From NCBI GenBank assembly GCA_017961175.1, contig JAGCXV010000003.1, forward strand, positions 16,387 to 80,386: a stretch of DNA of 64,000 bases, in the 5' to 3' direction. Origin of the DNA: Bacteroidales bacterium (lineage in GTDB: Bacteria > Bacteroidota > Bacteroidia > Bacteroidales > UBA932). A program made the position numbers and the translations under genes. Of the stretch, positions 35,015 through 42,601 are shown piece after piece; position 1 is the first letter of the stretch; every line of letters begins with the position of its first letter. The notes beneath the pieces are model-generated. The model was not told where the DNA came from. It made no database searches and saw nothing but the letters and a program-made list of their open reading frames with translations.

Positions 35015-35905
35015 TCAGAAGCGGTATCCGATACCAACTGAGAAGTCTATGTACTTGAAGGCGATAGTCCCTACCTTTGCACTGAGGCAGAAGGACTCTC
35101 GCCTTCCTAATGTAAACAGGGCGCCCGCTTCTGCGGCAACGCCTGAATATGAGCAGTCTGTTACCCTCATCCAGTCTCCGCCGGTATTCTCCCAAAGTAG
35201 TTTTCTTGTGCCGTAACCGGCTCCGGCAAGGAGGCTTACGTTTTCAGCCACCCGGAATATTCCACCGGCTGTAACTCTCATCTTTGTCTTTTCCTGACGT
35301 CCGGACACCCAGACCGGATTACCGGCGGAAGTTCCGTCGCTGAGGCAATCGATGCTTGCGCTTTTTGATTTAAAGTTACTTAAGAAGGACACATAGGCTC
35401 CGGTGCTGCGCCTCAGAAATCCCAGACTCAATCCAAACGACATGTCCGGGACTGGAGATATCTGCGCAAGTGCCAGGAAACCAGTCTTTCCAATATCATA
35501 ATACGGTCTGTCATGATATGGATATCGGCTTGAGAACTGGATGTCTTTAATATTATATTTATATGTCAGCGGAACCGCCTTTGCCGGGGAAAGTTCCTTC
35601 AGTTCATAGCCATAATTATAACGGCGGCGGATACGGTTGAACCTCAATATCTGTTCAGGAGTCAAACCCTCCGGACTCTTCTGCAGGTTGGTGCGGATTC
35701 TACCCACCTCTGCTTTCAGGTCAGACACTTCCTCAGTCGATATCGTCTCTCCACGGCGCAAGGCATCGCGGAGCTCAATGAGTCTGTCGCATACAACCTC
35801 AAAACGGTCGAGCGCCCTGTCCCTGGCATCACGCCGCTGGGCAATGACTGAACTGCAGAGCATTACAAGGCAGACTGCCATAATATGTCTTGCCATCCGC
35901 ATCAT
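35015..35905 (-). CDS. Putative outer-membrane beta-barrel protein with helical N-terminal region
   Basis: 296 aa. Signal peptide, R/E-rich helical segment, then alternating beta-like C-terminal half ending GIGYRF (aromatic terminus). 4-nt overlap with the kinase gene. Confidence 0.45.
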   Translation of the reverse strand: MMRMARHIMAVCLVMLCSSVIAQRRDARDRALDRFEVVCDRLIELRDALRRGETISTEEVSDLKAEVGRIRTNLQKSPEGLTPEQILRFNRIRRRYNYGYELKELSPAKAVPLTYKYNIKDIQFSSRYPYHDRPYYDIGKTGFLALAQISPVPDMSFGLSLGFLRRSTGAYVSFLSNFKSKSASIDCLSDGTSAGNPVWVSGRQEKTKMRVTAGGIFRVAENVSLLAGAGYGTRKLLWENTGGDWMRVTDCSYSGVAAEAGALFTLGRRESFCLSAKVGTIAFKYIDFSVGIGYRF

Positions 35906-36972
35906 TTTCCGCCCTCCTTTTCCTCAAATAGTCCGGTTACGGAATCGAACAGGTCGTCAAGATCCGTTTCGTCTTCTATCACTTCAACCTTTTGGGCCGG
36001 CTCTTGGGTCTTTGCCTTTTCCTTTTCTGCAGTCTTTGCTGGCTCTTTAGGCTTTATAATATCTTGTTTCTCACTGACATCTGTATCCGAAACCTGAATG
36101 TTGGACACTGCCTGGTCCTTTACGGTTACCTCAGCCACAGACTTTGCGGCAGGCTCCTCTGCACCCTTACGGTTAATCAGCAGCAATACTACTACCACCG
36201 CTGCCGCTGCAAGCGCTACTGGCAGGAGCCAGGACATCCCCTTGTCCTTTTTGAGGATTGCTTCTTTCACGTCCGTTACGGACATATATCGCCCGGCAGG
36301 ATTTTTCCTGCAGCAGCGCCTTGCTATCCTGCCATATCGCGGAGTAATCTGCTCAATGACCTTTCCCAGAGAATATATATCGCTTAGGACATCTGCCTTC
36401 TTGCCCTCAAGCAGTTCAGGGGCGGCAAAGGACCTTGTTCCTCCCGATATCTTGAGTTCCGACTGGGAATCCTCTATAGAGAGCCCGAAATCAATGATCT
36501 TGACGTTGTTGCCGTTGTGCGTGACTAATATGTTGGATGGTTTCAGGTCCTGATGGACCATCTGCTTGGAATGAACGCAAATCAGCGCATCGCAGATTTC
36601 CAGAATTAGTTTCCTTGCCAGGTGGGAATCCTTGCGGCATTCATCCTTGACTTCATCCAGGCTCCTGCCATCCACCCATTCCATTTCTATGCAGTTGCCC
36701 AGAGCCGGATGCTCAAAGAAAGAGTATGTCTCGCATATATTGCTGTGGTGCAGAGAAGAGCCCAGGTCAAACTCTTTCTTCAGCAGCCCCTCGTAGAGAG
36801 GAAGCCCTCTGTAATCTGCCTTCAGGGACTTTAGCACGCGGTATTTTCCGTCCCTTTCCACCAGCCATACCTCGGACCATCCGGTGAGAGAACCCCCGAT
36901 CCTCTCGGGCGTTCCCACTCCCCAAGTCTCTTTCACTGAGGACACAAAGAAAAATCCGGATTCATCCACCAT
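35902..36972 (-). CDS. Hanks-type Ser/Thr protein kinase (non-RD), single TM, charged C-terminal tail
   Basis: 356 aa. Motifs: YRVLKSLK (catalytic Lys), HQDLKPSNILV, DFGLS, APELL. TM helix WLLPVALAAAAVVVVLLLI, then about 95 aa of K/E/A/D-rich tail. Confidence 0.8.
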   Translation of the reverse strand: MVDESGFFFVSSVKETWGVGTPERIGGSLTGWSEVWLVERDGKYRVLKSLKADYRGLPLYEGLLKKEFDLGSSLHHSNICETYSFFEHPALGNCIEMEWVDGRSLDEVKDECRKDSHLARKLILEICDALICVHSKQMVHQDLKPSNILVTHNGNNVKIIDFGLSIEDSQSELKISGGTRSFAAPELLEGKKADVLSDIYSLGKVIEQITPRYGRIARRCCRKNPAGRYMSVTDVKEAILKKDKGMSWLLPVALAAAAVVVVLLLINRKGAEEPAAKSVAEVTVKDQAVSNIQVSDTDVSEKQDIIKPKEPAKTAEKEKAKTQEPAQKVEVIEDETDLDDLFDSVTGLFEEKEGGK

Positions 36973-36976
36973 ATCT

Positions 36977-38491
36977 CTACTCTTTTGTTAATACCTCCGT
37001 TCCATTATCAGCAGGATTGACCTCCTGGCCGGATTCATTGAAATAATGATACTCCCCGCTTCCGACCCATAGTTTGGAAAAAGTGCTTTTCTGAGGCCAG
37101 GCCCTAAGGTTCAGTTTCTTGGAAGAACTAACATCCAGTTCTTCAAGCATATTCTGCCAGCACTCCAGTTCTGCCAAAGCAGTACAGCCTTCTGCCTCTA
37201 TGGAAGGGATATCCGTATAGTTGCACTTGAATGTCGTCAGTTTGGTCAGCCCCGACAGGATAGTGCCATTCGTCATATATGAACAGTAGCTGCAGTCTAT
37301 GTATTCTATAGCTGTGCAGTATCCTACATAGTCGTAACCGACTGTATAGCTGCAGTCCAGGTATTTGAGGGCTGTGTTATACCCCAGCCATACAAGAAGA
37401 CCGTCATTCGAATGGCAGTCCAGGTACTCCAGACCGGTGAGCTGGCTGAAATCCGGACGGTGGTCGGGCAGGTTCACATTCAGCAGATAATTTGAACTGC
37501 AGTCCACATACTTGAGACTGCTGCTGTTTCCCAAATCCATGAATTCCAGCTTGTTGAAACTGCAGTACAAGGTCTCCAGCTTAGTGTTTTTCGACAGATC
37601 CAGCCTGACGACCTCCCCTCGCTGAGAATCATCGTGCCCTACCGCCTTCAGGTACTCAAGATTCACAAAATACTCTATACCTTCAAGCGACTTTATCTTC
37701 AGGTCAAATGTATTGATTTCCAGCCGGGTGATCTTTTCTGCCTCTTCCATACTGAGTTTCCCGTTCTTGTCCAGGTCAAACTTGTCCAGGATATAGGCCC
37801 TGAATGCCGCATCCGGAATAGGAACGGAAGCCATCTTGCCTGTCCTGGCTTTCTCCTCCGATGACTTCACTTCTACCTCGCCGCTTGTCACATAAGCCTG
37901 GTATACATACTCCTTGTCATATTCCAGGTTCCTAAGTGTCAGCGAGAACGATCCGTTTCCACGCTCTGTGGCCGGCACCTTGTCCGAGCCGTTGAAATAG
38001 AACCCGCACCCCTGCACATCGTCTCCTTCATAGATGCATCGCAGAGTAAGGACATTCTCGTCCGCCTCAAAGCTCACGCTCACAATCTGCGGGGCTACTA
38101 CCGGTTTCTTTTCTGTCCTGACTTTCTCCGTATTCGAGTGTATTTCTGCCGAACCATTTGATATCCAGGCATAATAAGTGTACTCCGTGTCAAAATCCAG
38201 CCCGGATAGCGTCAGTGAAAACGAGCCGTCCGCCCTTTCGCTCGCTTCCTGCCTTTTCACCACGTCTCCAGCCTCCATAACCACAAATCCGCACGTTCCC
38301 ACCCTGCCCTTGTAAGTGCAGGTCAGGACTATGGAATTCTTGTTTGCCTGAGCGTTCAGGCTCAAAAACTCCGGCATTCCAAGCCCTTCCATACTGGGAT
38401 CGCCAGCGCAGCCACCAGCAAAAAGCGCCACGGCCAGCAAAGCGACTCCAGCTCCCAAAACAGCTATGAAAACCCTCAGTGTCCTAATCAT
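36977..38491 (-). CDS. Leucine-rich-repeat lipoprotein with two Ig/FN3-like repeats and an EF-hand-like loop
   Basis: The ATG at 38491 is preferred over the track's GTG at 38515. It gives MIRTLRVFIAVLGAGVALLAVALFAGGC. There is an internal duplication (see repeat feature), a DLDKNGKLSMEEAE loop, and then Cys-containing BspA-type LRRs. Confidence 0.7.
   Translation of the reverse strand: MIRTLRVFIAVLGAGVALLAVALFAGGCAGDPSMEGLGMPEFLSLNAQANKNSIVLTCTYKGRVGTCGFVVMEAGDVVKRQEASERADGSFSLTLSGLDFDTEYTYYAWISNGSAEIHSNTEKVRTEKKPVVAPQIVSVSFEADENVLTLRCIYEGDDVQGCGFYFNGSDKVPATERGNGSFSLTLRNLEYDKEYVYQAYVTSGEVEVKSSEEKARTGKMASVPIPDAAFRAYILDKFDLDKNGKLSMEEAEKITRLEINTFDLKIKSLEGIEYFVNLEYLKAVGHDDSQRGEVVRLDLSKNTKLETLYCSFNKLEFMDLGNSSSLKYVDCSSNYLLNVNLPDHRPDFSQLTGLEYLDCHSNDGLLVWLGYNTALKYLDCSYTVGYDYVGYCTAIEYIDCSYCSYMTNGTILSGLTKLTTFKCNYTDIPSIEAEGCTALAELECWQNMLEELDVSSSKKLNLRAWPQKSTFSKLWVGSGEYHYFNESGQEVNPADNGTEVLTKE
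37838..38371 (-). repeat. Internal tandem duplication encoding two roughly 85-aa beta-rich domains
   Basis: CTYKGRVGTCGF...DGSFSLTLSGLDFDTEYTYYAW... aligns with CIYEGDDVQGCGF...NGSFSLTLRNLEYDKEYVYQAY... Confidence 0.6.
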
Positions 38492-38510
38492 TTCAACTAT
38501 AAAAATACAA

Positions 38511-38562
38511 AACACTTTTAGAATACTGAAATCATTGAAAAAATCCCGATTCTAAAAGTGTT
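38511..38562 (-). terminator. 14-bp perfect inverted repeat, terminator-like hairpin between the 210-aa gene and the LRR gene
   Basis: AACACTTTTAGAAT at 38511-38524 pairs with ATTCTAAAAGTGTT at 38549-38562 (24-nt loop). It is followed on the minus strand by TTGTATTTTTAT. The stem is AT-rich. Confidence 0.4.
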
Positions 38563-38582
38563 AATTGTAATCTGCCCTATTA

Positions 38583-39215
38583 TTAAGACTTTTCCAGCAC
38601 AGAAAGCCCGTGCACCCTACCTGCCACGTAAGCAGGCAGCACCTGTCCATCGCGATAAATGGCTGCTATATACAGCGGAAATCCCAGCATAAACGCGTCT
38701 ACCTCAAATTCATCCCCATCCTTCAGCTTTGACTTGCCGCTGGAGGTCACTCTAAACCGCTCTCCTCCAAGATACGCAACACGCACCAGCCTGTTCGGAG
38801 CCCATCCCAGCGCCAGATTGTCTCCAGCTTCAAGATCGCAAGACCGGATAAACCTCGTTGATATAAACTCCGAGTCCACTCCGCTATCCTCTTTCAGCCA
38901 GGCGCAGAACTCCCTGAAATCCTTCTTCCCGCAATACTTTGACAGTATGTCCAGCGTATCTGCCCGTGGCACCCTTCTGTCCCCGACATACCCCCACAGC
39001 CTCTTCAGCGTGGATGCCGACAGCAGTTCCCCTATCTCATGCTCTATCACCACCGACAGCGACTCAAAGTCTGTTGTCGTGGCCACTCTTCTGCCATACA
39101 CTTTCTCCACTGATTTCAGCAGAAAGCTTAGCTCAGGAATCTCCTTGCCTGCTTTTCCGGCAATCTCCGCCTTCTTATCACCGATATTTTCTGCTTTCTT
39201 GCTTGTCATATCCAA
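38583..39215 (-). CDS. Hypothetical protein with possible N-terminal HTH-like segment
   Basis: 210 aa. K/E-rich start, then LSASTLKRLWGYVGDRRVPRADTLDILSKYCG (HTH-like by eye), and a beta-rich C-terminus. No family recognised. Confidence 0.5.
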   Translation of the reverse strand: MDMTSKKAENIGDKKAEIAGKAGKEIPELSFLLKSVEKVYGRRVATTTDFESLSVVIEHEIGELLSASTLKRLWGYVGDRRVPRADTLDILSKYCGKKDFREFCAWLKEDSGVDSEFISTRFIRSCDLEAGDNLALGWAPNRLVRVAYLGGERFRVTSSGKSKLKDGDEFEVDAFMLGFPLYIAAIYRDGQVLPAYVAGRVHGLSVLEKS

Positions 39216-39226
39216 TTACAAAGTTA

Positions 39227-39556
39227 CTATCTTTTGTTCATCCTGTGATTCAGATAATAGACAGTTTTCCCCTCTATACGCCCCACTCGCATCGGTTGCT
39301 CAAACCTGCTTTTTGGCTTTGTATACATCGTACCTCCTGATATCGTCCCCGATGAATGTGTTACTCCATTCAGACCATCTATTGTCGATTCCCAAGTATT
39401 CCCCGAGATATGAAGTTCTACGCTTCCTACAGCTGTAGATACCGTATAATCTCCATTAACTCTCGATCTTGAACCTGAACCTGATCCACAGCCATATACC
39501 ACACCGAACAATGCAATTAATGCAACTAATGCAAATAATCTTAAAAACCTTACCAT
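39227..39556 (-). CDS. Small hypothetical lipoprotein
   Basis: Start moved to the ATG at 39556, giving MVRFLRLFALVALIALFGVVYGC (lipobox) followed by GSGSGS. Confidence 0.5.
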   Translation of the reverse strand: MVRFLRLFALVALIALFGVVYGCGSGSGSRSRVNGDYTVSTAVGSVELHISGNTWESTIDGLNGVTHSSGTISGGTMYTKPKSRFEQPMRVGRIEGKTVYYLNHRMNKR

Positions 39557-39615
39557 GTAAAAAAACAAAAAAACTTGATTACATAGATACAATCTTTTGG
39601 TCGATGAAAAAACTA

Positions 39616-40269
39616 CTATCCCTGATTATTTGTTTTCTCCTTTCTTTTCTTTCTACTTTTTGTACTCTTTCTTTTTTCTATTTCTGTTTTTCCGATTACC
39701 CAGAATAGAGCATCCAGCATTTTCATATATCCCATTCCTATAGGCCGATACTTATTCTTGAATGCCGTTAATACAGGGTTATTTTTCAGTTTCTTGTAAG
39801 TATCAGTTATATCTTTATATATAGCAATACATTGCTCAAGACGAGATCCCGATAATCTGCGCTTAAATGATTCATAAACATTAGAATCAAATATTGGATA
39901 ACGTTTATCGTCGATTATATCTGCCATCTTTGAGCAGAATGAGAAATGAAATTTACCCAATGAAGGCTTCATTTCCTTTGTGAGCTGACCTACACTTATT
40001 GTATCAGTTGTATTCTTCAGCGATTCCAACCTGATAAAGTACTCCCTCCTACAATGAACAGGAAGCCGTCTTACTCCATAAAACTTAGAATATAATCTTT
40101 GAAAATCTTCATTAGCGGAAACATCCATTTCATGAAGCATCCCTTTTAGTTGAATATATATCTGAATATTGTTTCTAAAGTCAGCATCGTACTTACTGAA
40201 AACATCCTCAAAGTCCCTATAAAATGTCTCGAATTTCTTTATCGCATCTTTATTAATCATAGTTAACAC
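39616..40269 (-). CDS. Hypothetical cytoplasmic protein, AT-rich gene, basic C-terminal tail
   Basis: 217 aa with no signal peptide. The tail reads EKRKSTKSRKKRKEKTNNQG. No family recognised. Confidence 0.5.
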   Translation of the reverse strand: MLTMINKDAIKKFETFYRDFEDVFSKYDADFRNNIQIYIQLKGMLHEMDVSANEDFQRLYSKFYGVRRLPVHCRREYFIRLESLKNTTDTISVGQLTKEMKPSLGKFHFSFCSKMADIIDDKRYPIFDSNVYESFKRRLSGSRLEQCIAIYKDITDTYKKLKNNPVLTAFKNKYRPIGMGYMKMLDALFWVIGKTEIEKRKSTKSRKKRKEKTNNQG

Positions 40270-40295
40270 ATATTTCAGTTATTTAACCTATGAAA

Positions 40296-42584
40296 CTACT
40301 CTTCTTTATGAATAGTCAATTTACCATCATAATTATCTGTTTTATCTCCAAAAAACCATTGGTCATGATATATATTTTCCGTATAAAAGATAACATTACT
40401 ATCTTTATGTACATAAATATCTACATTATTTGGTGTAGCATTTGTTGGACACGCACAGCATTTAACTAACTTTTTATTTTTACTAATATGAATTGTAGAT
40501 ATATAATTACTGTTAAATGCCAATTCTTTGAGTTCTGCATTGTTACTAAGATCTAAATCACTTAACTGGTTTTTAGAACATATTAATCGGGATAGGGCTA
40601 TATTCGTACTAACATCTAATGAGGATAGTTTGTTAGCCCAACAATCTAAACTATTAAGTGAGCTTAAATTGCTTAGTTTTAGAGATTCTAGATTATTATT
40701 ATGACAGTCAATCTTTAAAATTGTATTAATCCCAGAAAAATCTAACGATGTTAATTGATTATTACTACAATTCAAAGTTATTAGAGCAGTTTGTTTGCTA
40801 ACATCTAATGCTGTGAGTTTGTTATTGCTACAATCCAATGAAGTCAGAAAAGAATTCTTGCTAAAGTCTAATGAAGTAAGTGCGTTGTTAGAACAATTCA
40901 ATGTCTTTAGAGCTATATTATTACTAATGTCCAACGATTGTATACCGCTGGAACTGCAGTCCAAAGAGGTTAAGGCTATATTATTGCTTATATCAAGCAA
41001 GGGAAGGTTGTTAGCACAAAATTTCAAAGTCTTAAGGGCTGTATTATTACTAATATCCCACTGAGGAAGGATACATTGTTCAACACTCAGTTCCTCTAGT
41101 GAAACACAATCACCAATTTCCACTACTACTGGTCGGCAATTGTCAAAAGTCAATTTTTTTAAAGAAACGCAACCTTCAAGATAAATATAAAACACTTTGT
41201 CTGTCTTTGGAGACAACGCGCCACTAAAAGAATCATCAATTATCTCTAATGCCGTACATCCCTTTGCATTAAAGTTCTTCGCTGTAGGAGAAATCTTTAC
41301 TAATGATGTGCATCCACTTACATCGATATATCTAAGATTTTCTAACCATGCCCCATCGTAGGCAACGAAATTACAACCATCAGCAACAACCTCTTTAAGC
41401 TTAGTTAAACCACTCAGATCCAAATTATGTATTGCGTTTCCCGTATTAATTCTTAATACCTCCAAATTTGTAAAATGCTTTATACCTTCAACAGAATAGA
41501 CATTCAAGTTTTGTGGAATAATTATTCGCCTTACCATATCCGCCTCAACAAGACTTATTTTCCCGTCTTTATTAAGATCAAAATGATCTAGACAATATTG
41601 TCTGAATTTATCATCCGGAATTGTTATTCCATCAGATTGAATTAAATTCAAACTGTAAATCTTTGCAGGAGTAATATTTTCCTTGAGAAATTCAAAATGA
41701 TCTCCTTTATCTGAATCAATAAAATAAAAGAACTTATGTTCTCTCCAATTTTCTGGATAATACCAATCATCATAATAATCGGAATAATAAGAAAAATAAT
41801 CTTCTGGGTAATAATAATCTTTCGGAATAAATGCAACATATGTATCTTCTAATAATTTTCCATCTTTTATATTTGCAGAAAAAGATATTTTATTGTAAGT
41901 ATCTTCATCCTCCTCTGATTCAGGCTCCCAAAAAAACGGATCGATCGATCCATCTGTTATAGCTACTTTATCTGCGACATTATTACCCGAGAGAGTAAAA
42001 GTTATCTTTCCGCTATTTTTCTCGTTTGAAATAAGCAAGTCTTTGGGGAATCGTAATATGGCACATATCGGAGATAGCGAGACAGAAACTTTTCCAGTAT
42101 TATCAACTGACCCTCTCCCATATAAAATATCGAAATTGGCCAAATCTTCAATCTTTCCGGTCTGTTCATTAAACCTATAATAATAGTCGCAATAATAGTT
42201 AGAGTGGACCTCTGTCATATTTTTTTCAACAACAGGATATACGACAGAAAAACCAGAAAGACTTGGATAGTCGTCACCCTCGTGTCTTTTATAAACGAAT
42301 TTTGCCGTATGACCATTATTATTGATGTCCCCATCAAGTACAAAGACAAAAGATCGATACCCATTTAAAAACAATACTGAATCCCTAGCTTTCCAAGATG
42401 TTTTCAAGGTTTTATTTAAGTAAGTGTGTTGTGTTTTAGTTTCACCAATATATGAGTCTATTGTAACTTCAATTGTAGACAAATCATATCGTTTTTGAAG
42501 ATTATCACAGTTTTCTTTGCTGCAACTGACTAATGCCATAACTATCAATGTCAGTTGTATTGAACTTATTATAACTTTGTTCAT
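40296..42584 (-). CDS. Large LRR surface lipoprotein (possible fimbrillin-like N-terminal region, BspA-type LRR C-terminal region)
   Basis: 762 aa. Lipobox LVSCSK, a Y/D-rich segment, an FDLNKDGKISLVEAD loop, then about nine 21-aa LRRs. Confidence 0.7.
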   Translation of the reverse strand: MNKVIISSIQLTLIVMALVSCSKENCDNLQKRYDLSTIEVTIDSYIGETKTQHTYLNKTLKTSWKARDSVLFLNGYRSFVFVLDGDINNNGHTAKFVYKRHEGDDYPSLSGFSVVYPVVEKNMTEVHSNYYCDYYYRFNEQTGKIEDLANFDILYGRGSVDNTGKVSVSLSPICAILRFPKDLLISNEKNSGKITFTLSGNNVADKVAITDGSIDPFFWEPESEEDEDTYNKISFSANIKDGKLLEDTYVAFIPKDYYYPEDYFSYYSDYYDDWYYPENWREHKFFYFIDSDKGDHFEFLKENITPAKIYSLNLIQSDGITIPDDKFRQYCLDHFDLNKDGKISLVEADMVRRIIIPQNLNVYSVEGIKHFTNLEVLRINTGNAIHNLDLSGLTKLKEVVADGCNFVAYDGAWLENLRYIDVSGCTSLVKISPTAKNFNAKGCTALEIIDDSFSGALSPKTDKVFYIYLEGCVSLKKLTFDNCRPVVVEIGDCVSLEELSVEQCILPQWDISNNTALKTLKFCANNLPLLDISNNIALTSLDCSSSGIQSLDISNNIALKTLNCSNNALTSLDFSKNSFLTSLDCSNNKLTALDVSKQTALITLNCSNNQLTSLDFSGINTILKIDCHNNNLESLKLSNLSSLNSLDCWANKLSSLDVSTNIALSRLICSKNQLSDLDLSNNAELKELAFNSNYISTIHISKNKKLVKCCACPTNATPNNVDIYVHKDSNVIFYTENIYHDQWFFGDKTDNYDGKLTIHKEE
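40467..41036 (-). repeat. Array of about nine 63-66-nt coding repeats (21-22-aa LRR units)
   Basis: Units include LTSLDCSSSGIQSLDISNNIA, LKTLNCSNNALTSLDFSKNSF and LTSLDCSNNKLTALDVSKQTA. Confidence 0.75.
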
Positions 42585-42601
42585 AATTTCAATTATTAGA
42601 A

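Noticed and set aside
35011-35017. Convergent hydC and beta-barrel gene stop codons separated by a single nucleotide, leaving no room for an intergenic terminator.
   Set aside because: It is real in the sequence, but convergent abutting genes are common in compact genomes. I could not identify a convincing hairpin within either 3' coding end, so no feature is claimed.
38492-38515. GTG start of the LRR gene. Comparable over-long track starts occur at 39592 and 9384.
   Set aside because: Internal ATGs at 38491, 39556 and 9501 give clean signal peptide and lipobox N-termini. The extended versions add non-signal residues and overlap regulatory hairpins or neighbouring genes.
40467-41036. Regular 63-66-nt periodicity that could be mistaken for a CRISPR-like array.
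   Set aside because: It lies entirely inside a long ORF. There is no alternation of a constant repeat with unique spacers, and the units translate to canonical LRR motifs.
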